64,000 nucleotides of DNA. It comes from Raja brachyura. Taxonomy: Eukaryota. Of this stretch, positions 27,161-38,850 are shown piece after piece. The stretch covers positions 30,876,001-30,940,000 of the forward strand of contig OY740783.1 of the NCBI GenBank assembly GCA_963514005.1. The letters run 5' to 3'. The notes beneath the pieces were generated by a model that saw only the letters and a list, made by a program, of their open reading frames with translations, ran no database searches and was not told where the DNA came from. The position numbers were made by a program, and so were the translations under genes. Every line of letters begins with the position of its first letter. The stretch's first letter is position 1.

Positions 27161-27188
27161 AAGAAGGGTCTCGACCCGAAACGTCGCC
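27158..27188 (+). ncRNA. Minimal type I hammerhead ribozyme motif (Penelope-type)
   Basis: CTGAAGA (27158-64), A, stem II GGGT-CTCG-ACCC, GAAA (27178-81), C, GTC cleavage triplet. The palindromic ACGT replaces helix III, as in dimeric minimal hammerheads. The 5' strand of stem I is lost at the inversion point. Confidence 0.65.
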
Positions 27189-27951
27189 TATCTCCTTCGC
27201 TCCTTAGATGCTGCTGCACCCGCTGAGTTTCTCCAGGTTTTTGTGTAACCCTCGATTCTCCAGCATCTGCAGTTCCTTCTTTAACAAGTATGTTCTATGT
27301 TTCTGCCATTGTTATCACACCCTTCATCCTCCCATTTGTGAAAGAATTGAACACTTCCACTGACCTCATGATTCATGCATTATGTTTATGTAAACAAATG
27401 TTATGTTAAATGTAAAAATAAAAACTCACAATTAAAAAAACTGATAGGAAATGGCGTCATTTTTAAAATATTGCAGATGCATTTAGCCTTTAATTTTCAT
27501 ACAAAAATCTCAACATGTTTCCTGGCATATTAATATAATTGGTACTTTAATTTATTCATCACAATGTAGTTATACCCAAAATTTTATCTTTAACTCGTGA
27601 CAGTCTTGCTTAATTGCAGAGACTATCTTTTCAGGGTGTTACGCTTTCAAGACCTTTCGAATGAAAATACATCTATGAAAAGTATTTGGAAAGCAAACTC
27701 AGAACATTAGACATGAAATAGATGTCAAATGTATAAGTCATAATTTCATATCAACCTTTTCCCTTAAATGTCAATGCAAATAAAAATATGTCTGTAACAT
27801 TTTTGGATATACATCTTTATTGGTTTCATATGATAACCTTCTTGGCATAAGAATTTATTGCACATCTGTTCTGTGTTTTCTTTTTTATTAGAAGAAAGGG
27901 ATGAAACAAATCAACTCCCCCCCCCCCCCCCCACCACCCCCCCCCCCCACC

Positions 27952-28249
27952 CAGGGCTGGATCAACCATTAAGCAAAATAAGCACGTGCTTAGGGCATCA
28001 AGGGAAGGGGGGCACCACAAAAATGGACCTTGCAATTAAAAAAAGTAGGAGAAAACTTTTCAAATATAAATAAAGTGGAAGTATACAAAAATAAACATTA
28101 TTTTCCATCTTACTGTTAGTTTTGTTTCATTTTGAAAAATAAAAATGTATTTTATTGTTTATTATTAATTATATTTTGAATTACATATATATGGGGGCAC
28201 CAAAATCTTTTAAGTGCTTAGGGCCTCCATGGGTCTTAATCCGGCCCTG
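27952..28249. mobile_element. hAT-type MITE
   Basis: TIRs CAGGGCTGGAT / ATCCGGCCCTG, 8-bp TSD cccccacc / cccccgcc and internal repeated gtgcttagggc motifs. Confidence 0.75.
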
Positions 28250-28749
28250 CCCCCGCCCCACCACTAGTGCCGTCCCCTTTCCACCCCCATCCCCACCTCC
28301 CAACATACCATTCCGTTCCGAATGCTGCTCCATCTAGAATTATTAAAGGTGGGGTCTACCTGCAAAGGATTTATTGATTATTTCATAAGCTGTACTTAAA
28401 TGAATTTGGTTGAGAAAATGAGTTCTGCAAAAGGTTCAACGGCGTAAGGGAAAATATGAAAAGTTCCTGCCAATGTTGAAGTCATGCATTGCAGCTTGCA
28501 ATAAGAAAAGGACAAAGCACACATCTTTCATTCAAGCAGTTTCTAGTAAATAAGAGGAATGAAAATCAGGCTGCTGTAGTTATCAGTACACATGTGCAGA
28601 ATTGTAGATCAGCTGGATTTTATTTTCCATAAGGTTGAGTCAGTGGTCTAATTTAAAAAGTATTTCTTACCCTATATTTAACTACTCTTTCCTCCCCAGA
28701 AAATTGTACATTATTACCCGATCAAGGGGTCTGTCTATAGTTCCAAGAC

Positions 28750-29060
28750 GGGCAGCGCAGTGGCACAGTTGCTAGAACTCCTCACAGTACCAGAGATCTG
28801 GAATCAATCCTAACCTTGCTAACTATCTATGTGGAATTTGCACGTTCTCCCTGTGACCACGCGGGTTGCATCCAGGTGCTCGGGTTTCATCCCACATTCC
28901 AAAGAACATGCTATTTTGTAGGTTAATTGGCCTCATATAACACGGAATTAGTGTGCATTGGTGAACAATGGTTGGTGTGGACTCGGTAGGCTGAAAGGCC
29001 TTCTTCCATGTTGAATCATTCAATTTAATTCAATTCAATTCAATTCTTTTCAATTCAATT
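28750..29060 (+). mobile_element. HE1-like V-SINE
   Basis: tRNA head, V-domain and (AATTC)n tail. Confidence 0.8.
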
Positions 29061-30349
29061 TTATTTACTGGGAGGGTTTCACGAGCTTTGATGCACCCCA
29101 TATTTTTGTGATAGAGAAGCACCTGACATCAGCTATCTGAGCTTACAATTCCATCACTGAGGTTCACCCTTTAAGGAGCCATTGTGAATAAAGGAGCCAT
29201 AAATGAATAAACCTGGTGCTCTGGACATCAACAGATGACTACTTGAATATTTTTTTTTCACATATGGAATAGGTATATATAGCAGCTTCATGAAATGGTA
29301 TTAAAAAGCAATGTTATAATCTGAAAATAAATGTACATTAGGCATCAATTACTTTGATGTCCCTTTTATAGCATACATCCCTCATATAACAGAGAAAGAT
29401 TTTCACTTTTAATTGATTTTATTTGGTCTCTGGTCTCTTGAGTATCACAAACATTAAGTTATTTAATTATTCATTCTGCAAAAGAAATCACACTGATCAG
29501 TGTTCCAAACAGTGACTTAACAATTGTACAATGCAAAGGAAATTTGTTTTTTTATGTGGAGGAAAAAGAAACAAAGGCATGTTACCCTGGTTCATATGTA
29601 GACACATACATACGTATGCATACATACACATTCACATACACGTACACATGCATGCATATACATTGCTGCATTGCAAAGGACTAGTAACAAATCCATTCCA
29701 TGTTCATGATTACAAAGGTTTTTAGTTTTATTAGTAGTTTCTCACATGGGACCTTGTCAAAACCTTTCTGACACAAATAAATCACATCATTGTGAGTTCC
29801 TTGCCTACTTTGCTTGTAACATCTTCAAAGAAATTGAGGAGCTTTGTTAAACAGGAACTTCCATAATAAACTGCTCTAGCTGTTTTATTAGGTTTTGCTA
29901 TATAACTGTTTTGCCAGTTGACTTCTTAGCTTTCTTTCCATTATTTCATCAGCTTGTGATTTAGGGGCCAAGTTTGTTTCTCTTTTTAAAAAAAAACAAG
30001 TTCCTATTTGAAACCCAATCCTGTGAAGTTTCTCAAGGTTTGAATGTATCATCAATGCCAATCGAACATTTGAAATATGCAACTTCACAAATTTCTCTCC
30101 TAATTGCTTTGAAAAATGTAGAATGTGCATCCGAACAAAGGAATTCAAGGGGTGTCAACGTTCAATCCATTTATTCATGGACTATTGAATCAATAGATTT
30201 CAGAATCTATTATGGCATTTATTGTACAATCTTACAGGGCCTACACATTTTAACATCTCCATTCCAGTTGTTGGAGAGATGGAGCCATGCTAAGGGAATA
30301 ATATTGGGCATTAATAACAATTATTAAAGACTTTACAGTCAAAGTGTGA

Positions 30350-33025
30350 CTTACACCATGACCTTACACTGTACAATAAGGTCAGGTGTGATCTACATAA
30401 GCCTTTCAGGGATGCCAAGTGAAATAAACAAGTTAATCAAATGGATATCCAATGACTACGGTAGAGCCTACATATCACCAGGGCTAACAAGCCAAAGTCG
30501 GTGGTGATCTCTGTCAATGACACATCTCTTTCAGATGATCTTAATGCTCTTTGTGTCCATTTTGTACAGGCAAACAAAGCTTGACCTATGTCTTTACCAC
30601 CTCCCCCACTGGCTCTGTCCCACACATCTTGGTGGCAGAAGTCAACCTGCTTTTACAAGGGTGCACTCTTGGAAGGTAGACGGCCCAGATGTACAGCCTC
30701 GTCAGGTTCTAAAATTGTGCACCAATCAACCAGCAACAGTCTTTGCTGGCAACTTGAACCTATCATCTCCATTGTCTTTTGTTCCCATCTCCTTCAAGGA
30801 AATCTCCCATCATCCCAAAACACATATTCTTCCAGGAAACCTCCAATCCCCAAGCAAAATTAAGTAACCTGTCTCAAAGACTACTGCTCAGAAGTTCTAA
30901 CATTGACCAAAATGAAGTGCTTTGAAAGACTGGTAATGGCCCACATTTGCAACAATCTTCTGGATAATCCAAACACCCCACAATTTAAATACAGAATATG
31001 TGGGTCTCTGCAGGATGCCATCTACCTTTTAGAAACATAGAAACATAGAAAAATAAGTACAGGAGTAGGCCATTCGGCCTTTGAGCCTGCACCGCCATTC
31101 AATATGATCATAGCTGATCATCCAACTCAATATCCCGTACCTGCCTTCTCTCCATACCCCCTGATCCCTTTAGCCACAAGAGCCACATCCAACTCCCTCT
31201 TGAATATAGCCAATGAACTGGCCTCAACGACCTTCTGTGGCAGAGAATTCCAGAGACTCACCACTCTCTGTGTAAAGAATGTTTTCCTTATCTCGGTCCT
31301 AAAGGAATTCCCCCTTATCCTTAGACTGTGAACCCTTGTTCTGGACTCCCCCAACATTGGGAACAATCTTCCTGCATCTAGCTTGTCCAACCCCTTAAGA
31401 ATTTTGTAAGTTTCTATAAGATCCCCCCTCAATCGTCTAAATTTCAGTGAGTACAAGCCGAGTCTATCCAGTCTTTCTTCATATGAAAGTCCCGACATCC
31501 CAGGAATCAGTCTGATGAACCTTCTCTGAACCCCCCTAAATTTTACTACATTTAGCCCTGGATTACCTTGACAATAAGAACACCTATTTCAGAATGCTGT
31601 GCATTGACTATAGTTCAGCCTTCAACACCATAATTCCAAATAAGCTCATCCCTAAACCTCTGGAACTTGGCCTAGCGGATTCCATCTGTAACTGGCTTCT
31701 AGACTTCTCAACCGACAGACCTCGGTAGGTTAGAATTAGTCAGAACATTTCCCCCACCCAGACCCTCAACACTGGTGGCCCTCAGTCCTTTGCATTGCTC
31801 CCTGTACGCCCACGGCTTAGTGGCCAAATACAATGCCAGAAAGATCTTTAATTTCAAGAAAGATACCACTGTTGTAGGTCTGATCCAGAACAATAATGAG
31901 ATGAAGTACAGGAAAGAGATCAAGAACCTAGTGTCATGGTATCATGACGATAACCTAATCCTAAACATCAGCAAAACAAAAGGGTTGGTTATTGACTGAA
32001 GCAAGCAGGGGGGTGAACAAAACCCTGTCCTCTTCAACAGAGTTGTTGTAGAGAGGTCAACAGCCTTCACGTTTAGAGGAATCCATATCACCACAACCTA
32101 ACCTGCTCCCCTTGCATTTTTGAGATGATCAAGAAAGCACATCAGCATATTCACTTTCTCAGACATTTGTGAAAATGCGGCATGTTCACGGAATTTTCTT
32201 CAAGATTCAAGAGAGTTCATTGTCATGTGTCCCTGATAGGACAATGAAATTCTTGCTTTGCTTCAGCACAACAGAACACAGTAAGCATGACTACAGAACA
32301 GATCAGTGTGTCCATATACCATTATATAAATATATACACACATTAATAAATAAACTGATAAAGTGCATCTGCAGAAGTGCAACCTGCAGATGCACTAAAG
32401 AAGGTATTCTGATGGGATGCACTCAATCTGGTAAGGTCTCCTGAACCTGCAGAGAGTGATGAATGCAGCCTAGTCCATCACAGGCTCGTCATTTCCTTCC
32501 ATCCTGTCCACCTTCATGGTGCTTTGCATCAGGAAGGTTGAAAGTATCATCAAGGCTGCCTGTCACCCTGGCCATTCCCTTTCCTTTCTACTTCTTTCTG
32601 AAAGATACAGGAGCTTGAAAGCTCAATATTGCTAGTGTACGGGGTGATCGCTGGTTAGCGCGGACTCAATGAGCCAAAGAGCCTGTTTCCGCACTGTATC
32701 TCTACATTCTAAAGAAAAGCCCAGACTTAAGAACAGCTTTTTCTCCCACTGTCATCCAGCTCCTGAACCAATTACTTCTTTCACACCCCATTCTGCATTC
32801 TTAACTCTATCTCGTTTGCTTTTTCCGTCATTGCACCTTGATATTATTTTGCACTACTCGGATTTCACGCTACAATCTTGCACCATTCTACTGTTTTGCA
32901 CTAATTGTTGTATTTATTATTGTATTTATCATTACTGTGTGAATACTGCTTAATCTGTGAGCTTCATGTGAACAAGGAATTTCATTGCAGCCTGATGTAT
33001 ATGACAACAAATTACCTTAATCTAA
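30350..33025 (+). mobile_element. Degenerate Rex1/Babar-type LINE with nested insertions
   Basis: [38 protein letters not shown]...[16 protein letters not shown] and NISKTKGLVID. Interrupted by CR1 (31030-31535), a LINE tail (~32197-32368) and a SINE tail (~32630-32705). Confidence 0.8.
31030..31535 (-). mobile_element. CR1 LINE 3' end nested in the Rex1-like element
   Basis: Minus ORF 31127-31498 LSYEERLDRLGLYSL...FFTQRVVSLWNSLP. (TAGAAACA)n tail on the plus strand. Confidence 0.9.
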
Positions 33026-33479
33026 TTTGTCCATCTGTGCAAAATTGTTGAAATGAAACAACTACAGCTGAACAAAGACTTCAAAGAATACAGAAAAAAA
33101 TATCAACAAATTAAAACAAATTGTTGAAAATGTATGTGTAACAACCATATCAAACTCTTAACATCAAAATATTTATCTTAAAACAGCAAGCTAGTGAAGT
33201 AGTTAAGTATATTTTCAAATGGCAATAAGCATCCATTACAAGCCTACACAGTCCCACAGTTACATCAGCCACTCTTTGCCACATCCTGCATCCTGTAAGT
33301 AGCCCATTCACCGAGTTCCTACATCACCATCCACACATTACTTCTTTCCACACAGTTGCCTCTGAGTTGCCTTCTTCCTGAACTGTGGCTTCCTCTCCAC
33401 GTTGGTTAGATTGCATCTCATCAATTTGCCACATTTCTGCTCTCAATCCCTCTCTTCCTGGACAAGTAAAGGGTAATGT

Positions 33480-33900
33480 TTTGTTGGTTCGCAGCCGCTA
33501 ACCTACCAGTCTTTACAATCAACCGATCATCCTTCCTAATTTCCATAACTTCACCAAGATTCCACCACCAAACATATATTTCCTTCCTCTTCCCTTTCAG
33601 CATTTTGAAGGGACTGTTCCCTTTGTGATTCCTTAATCTGCTCTCATACAGGAATCTAAACACATCTTACACTTCTAATGTGCTACTTTTCTTGTTCACA
33701 ATATGCTCACCTCTATATTTTAGAAACTAAGCACAGATTAGCTAAGCACTTTGCAGAACACCTACTTTCAGCCTTCAGGGAGAACCCTAAGCATTATATT
33801 GCCTGCCACTTCCATTCTCATACCTCTGTCTGAGACTTTATGTTACAAAGAGACTCAGTGTTTAAAGAACCATAGCTCATCTCCTGATGGGCATATTGTG
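33480..33900 (+). mobile_element. Old Penelope-like linker / GIY-YIG fragment
   Basis: Degenerate 'DSTTKHIFP.LPLSAF.RD.SL.DSL' and LYILETKHRLAKHFAEHL (YIGET.R.L..RF.EH motif). Confidence 0.6.
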
Positions 33901-33961
33901 ACTTTCTAGAAATGCAACTTGAGTTATGGGCCCCATATCAAAGAAACTGGGTCATCTATCT

Positions 33962-34092
33962 GTAATCAAAACACAAAGTGCTGGAGGAACTCAGACATTT
34001 CCATTCCCTTGACAGATGCTGTTTGACCCACAAAGTTCCTCCAGCTCTTTGTGTTTTGCTAGATATTCCAGAATCTGCGGTTTCTTGTCTCA
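33962..34092. mobile_element. Short fold-back Penelope terminal-repeat remnant
   Basis: caaaacacaaagtgctggaggaact is inverted against agttcctccagctctttgtgttttg. Confidence 0.6.
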
Positions 34093-34371
34093 TCTACCTG
34101 TGATATTGGCCCCATTTTCCTAACTCCATTAGGATAGCCTATCTTGCCGGACTTGTTCTGCATCTCTGCATTTTGCAAATTTGCATTCCATTGCTTGTGT
34201 TCCCACTCTCTAATTCTCACACAGAGAAACACGCATATGTACACACTTTTCAATCTGTCTTCAGTTTGCATGCTACAGTTGGTAATGCAGATGCAATTTC
34301 TTTCAGCACTGCCGAAAGATATGTGTTTTTTTAGAAACAAAATGAGAAAACGCAAAACCCATGACAGTAAT

Positions 34372-34570
34372 GGCCCTGTCTCACGGTGCGAGTCCACCCA
34401 CGAGTGACCATGAGTGAAAGAAAAAAAACAGACTCGTGGTTGTGTACGAGATTCCAAGTTTATGTTCAAGAGTTTAACCGAGTTCCCACGTGTATGTCTA
34501 AGTTTGCCGTTTACTTCTCATTTCTGTGATGTTCCAAGTTCCTCTCCCGAGTTACTCTTGAGTCAACCAT
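34372..34570 (+). mobile_element. Left end of a Harbinger-like element, related to the MITE at 36661-37007
   Basis: ggccctgtctcacggtgcgagtccaccca resembles the MITE TIR gcccctgtcccacgatgcgagttcaccca. Confidence 0.55.
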
Positions 34571-36520
34571 GAATGAAGGTCTGTTTTAATAAGCAACAGT
34601 GTTAAAGAAGACATCTCCATCCTGCGGCTTTGAGTTAAAGATAGAATTCAGCACGGCCGCATCTATTGATATGACCTACAAAGGGAGAATGCGCACCGTC
34701 CAGTGCCAGTGCAGTTATGATTTGTTTGAAACACACATCACGTAGTTAGAAGACCAGCAGGCGGAGGTTAGCTATATTTTAATTGAATTTACTGCCAGGT
34801 CTACACACTGCGGGGAGACGGGAGATTAAATCTTTGAATGTGGACGGATGTCTCCACGCCTGCTCATTCTAAGCGGAATATATTTTTAGTTGCCTTTCAA
34901 GCCAGGCTTTGGTTTTATTCCTTGTTTTTGTTTATTCGCTCACACTTTTCGTGTGTGAGGGCGTGAGAAGTCCATGTCGGGTGCCGGCCGGCCGCAGCTG
35001 CTGTTCTTTCACATCAGTTGCACATCTGATTGTTGGGAGACGGAGCTCAGGGTTCGCCTGCTGAGCTGCTTTGGTGCCCAGGCGTGAGTTGAAGTGGAGG
35101 AAGGCTGGGAGGAGGATGCGTGGGCGTCATTAATCTGTCTGGGGTGACAAGGCTCTTGGGTTAGGCTGGGATCATTCTCTGTGGGATGATCTTAGTGCGG
35201 GACACTAGTGTAGGAGAGGTGTACTGACTGTGTGGGCAGACACTTTGGTAGTGATTGCCCACCAGTCTCAAAAGCCGCTGTGTCTCCCTGTCCCTCGGAT
35301 AGCAGGGGGCGATCAAACAGCACAATACCCCCCTCCCACTCCATGCCAACATGAAGGGCAACGATCCAAAGGCTTTAGCATCAGAAACAGTGAGCAGGCG
35401 ACAATCACCCGCCATAACGCGAGAGAGATCATACACTATTGTAGGTCTCCTTTGCACGTCAGTGTTTCTGTCTTTCTCCATATCATTGTTGGCCCTGTCT
35501 GTCGCCGCCCACACCCCCACCCCTCTGCTTCCCGGCCATGTGTGTGACCCCTTCCCTCCCCTCTCCAGCTCCCCGCCCATTGCACCTGGCACAGGGGCTT
35601 CGCACCGAAGCTCTCTCCCAGCATGGCGCCGGACCGGGGGGGCGGTCAGCGGGCATGCCAACTCTGCCACACCATGGGCCGCCGCCAACCAAGCCACCCA
35701 TCCCCCGTCCACATGCTCGGTAGAACAGGAGCCGAGACTGGGAACTGTACCGCCCTTGCCCACTCCCTCTGCAACTGCAAACAACCCCACTCTCCTGCTC
35801 ACCTAACCCGCTCATCCCTTCTCTCTGTGTATTGAAGGCGCTTCTGGGCTGCAGTGTGCAATAGTCACCAAAATACACTGTATCTTTAGAAAGGAAAAAT
35901 ACAAAATATGTCAATCCCACTGAATAGGCCTTAGTCATGGCGCTGTACAACATGGAAACAGGTGCTTTGGCCCAGCTTGGCCGTGTCGTCCAAGTTGGCG
36001 TCTTGGGGTAGTCCTATTTGCCTGCATGTGGCCCATAGCCCTCTAAACCCTTCCCATCCATTTATCTGTCGTTAATAACCTCAAGAAAATTCCTGCTTCA
36101 GTTTCCTGGGTCCAACTCAGAGAGAAGTCTCCCCCATTTCCAGGGTTAATTGCTCCACTGTTTATAATGCTCTCTGCATTATGAAGTCCTCGACAGTGAA
36201 CCCCATGGGGCAATCACTACCAAAGTGTCTACTCAGACAGTCAGTACACTTGTCTCCCATACTAAGTCACCCAAATCCCCCCCCCCCCTCCCTCCTCCCT
36301 GCCTGGGTTGCTCAAAGGACTTTGGGCTTGGTTTTGTTTTGGCACTATATTGTTTATTTTATTTATTGAACATTTTTAATTTTTTTTATAATTTAAGAAT
36401 TTTACTGTTCCATTTCTGAACATATGATAATAAAATACTCTTAACTCTCTTTTGAGATATCTTGTCCTTTGCATATCAGGTACAGCCTTCTTTCAGACAA
36501 ATATTGCAAACTTCATTTTT

Positions 36521-37090
36521 TTTAGTTTAGAGACACAGCGCGGAAACAGGCCCTTTTCGGCCCACCGGGACCACGCCGACCAGCGATCCCCGCACATTAA
36601 CACTAACCTACGCACATTAGGGACAATGTTTACATTCACCAAGCCAATTAACCTGCAAACCTGACACGATGCGAGTTCACCCAATTTAAAAAAAAATCAA
36701 ACTCGTGGTATGTACGGAGCGGGTATGTAGGGCCTCGTGAATGTCCCATAGCGGCTCGTAATGCTAACGGCATGTACTCAGAAAACGCGCTAACACGTGA
36801 AGCTTTATCAACACTGTGAAAAATGTCCAAGAGTTTCCCAAGTACCTGCCGTTAGTTGCAGCGTTTCCTGAGTACCTGCCGTTCACATTACGAGCCGCTA
36901 CAGGCCATCCATGAGGTCCTATGTACCCGCAACGTACATACCTCGAGTTTGATTTTTTTTTTAACTCGGGAGAGCTCTTGGGTGAACTCGCATCGTGGGA
37001 CAGGGGCGTAAAAGTCTTTGGTATGTGGGAGGAAACCAAAGATCTCAGAGAAAACCCACGCTGTCACAGGGAGAACTACAAATTCTCCCT
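36521..37090 (-). mobile_element. HE1-like V-SINE split by a MITE
   Basis: SINE tail and body at 36521-36660 resume with the V-domain at 37008-37090. Confidence 0.75.
36661..37007. mobile_element. Harbinger-like MITE with ~130-bp imperfect TIRs
   Basis: cacgatgcgagttcacccaa...aaatcaaactcg...agcggctcgtaatg is inverted against cattacgagccgct...cgagtttgattt...ttgggtgaactcgcatcgtgggacaggggc. Confidence 0.75.
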
Positions 37091-38139
37091 ACAATTATAT
37101 TGGTATAGTATTGTTGTTCTACTGCTGTGAATCATCTGTGCTGAATCCTGCATTTCTTTCTTTTAAAAATACAAATTAAGTGTTTCTGTGGGTTGACTTG
37201 AGGCGAATAAAGTATTCTGCCCGTTTTTAGTTAGAAAGTAGGATTTTACTTTTTCCCATTAATATTTTCCTTTTGTGGATCATTGTCACATAACATTTTC
37301 AATACACTTGAAAATACACTAACAATTTGGGGGGGGGGGGGGGAGGGGGGGGGGGGGTTCTGCAAATCCCAGCAGTTCACCGACAGAACCCCTCATCCAA
37401 GGTAAGAGGCATGCAGAAAAATTGCACAATAACAAAGTTCTTATTGTGGACAAGGTGAAAAATCTGGCAGGTCTCAAGAGTGAAGGCTTCAAAATGAGAG
37501 GATTCCAATTTTACCAGGATCTTTCACCAAGTCCCCAAGTCCTTATAAAATCCCACCAGCTGAAATGGCCAGGAGCTCTGCAGACAAAGATAATTGATCC
37601 CAGATGGACTGATTACCTAGTTGTCCCAGCAAGTGGTTCCTTTGGCATTTAAATACATTTTTGCCATGCTTTCTTATCCCTAGAATCCCTTGGGGAACAT
37701 GGTGGACAAGCTGTTAGTATCTCAATTGCAAGTATAAATCAGAACAAGTTACACTGATTCTCCTCGTGGCCCCACACCATGCCAATATAATTCCCCTTCA
37801 TCCTCAAAATTTGGGATGTTATTTAGGGTTTGCTGCGTGAAAGAATAAATCCTCCCATCATTGACAGCCACAGATTTAGATTGTTATTTCAGTTATAGCG
37901 AATAGAAGTATGGAAATGACAACTTTAACTTTACCACTGGATGTACTGAAACCAGACGCACAATATCCAATAGGTGCTTGATTTGGGGTAAGTTGGTGCC
38001 CATTTCATACATACTAACCTGACATGAGAAATAAGTGAAGAGAACCCTGCAGACACATACAGAATTATTTACTTATAAATGTATTGACAGTATACTTCAG
38101 CCAACCACTGAAGATATTAATCTAAGGTTGGACAAAATG

Positions 38140-38232
38140 TTTAAGAGGTAGACAAAAATGCTGGAGAAACTCAGCGGGTGAGACAGCATCTATAGAGCGA
38201 AGGAAATAGGCAACGTTTCGTGTCGAGACCCT
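38140..38232 (-). mobile_element. Penelope terminal-repeat fragment
   Basis: gtagacaaaaatgctggagaaactcagcgggtgagacagcatctatagagcgaaggaaataggcaacgtttcg matches the family. Confidence 0.65.
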
Positions 38233-38344
38233 GTTGGAGCTCACTCTATAATTGTCACAATAGGTTCTTTTACCTAGTTCCCATTCAGGAATCCAATTAA
38301 ACCTCTACCAGTGAACTGTTAAGATTTTTTCATTCATTTTTCAG

Positions 38345-38850
38345 GAACTGGACTTTGTTGCACGGCTCTTCTCGAACGGCCCTTGAGAAGATGGTGGTGA
38401 CTTGCATTCTTGAACCACTATAGTTATTCTTCTGAGGATATTCCCACCATTCAACTCTGGAGGGACTCCCATCATTTAAATCCTGCAACAGTAAAGGAAT
38501 GATAATGGTTTTTTTCATGTCAGGATGGTGAGTGACTTGGAGGGAAGAAGTAGGTGACGGTGTTCCATACACCTGCTACACTTGCCTATCTTGGTGATAG
38601 CGGTCATGGGTTTGAGCAATGTCATCCGAGCAGTCTAGATAAGTAACTGGAGTTCATTTTGAAAGCTGTGCACACTCTACCTTTGTGTACCAGTGTTTGG
38701 GGAAATGAATGTTTGGGGTGATCGATGAGATGCAGTCAAGAAGGCCAATTTATCCTGGGCGGTGTCAAGCATCTTGAGCATCGTTCATTGAAACTTAACT
38801 CGTTCAGGTCAATAGAGACGTTTGAATTGTGTCTTGAAAATTAGGTTATG
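38345..38850 (-). mobile_element. Old LINE (CR1/L2 group) 3' fragment
   Basis: Reverse complement of the elasmobranch LINE end ggttcaagaa...caccaccatcttctcaagggc. Confidence 0.55.

Larger units (their letters stand above)
27064..27287. mobile_element. Fold-back (palindromic) Penelope terminal-repeat insertion
   Basis: 93-bp inverted arms (27064-27156 / 27158-27250, 2 mismatches) plus a 3' tail. Flanking direct repeat GTATGTTCTATG at 27053-27064 and 27288-27299. Confidence 0.85.

Noticed and set aside
27064-27250. Reading the palindrome as a pre-miRNA, a DNA-transposon MITE or a terminator
   Set aside because: The arms match Penelope terminal repeats elsewhere in the window, the element is asymmetric, and the 12-17 bp TSD fits retrotransposition better.
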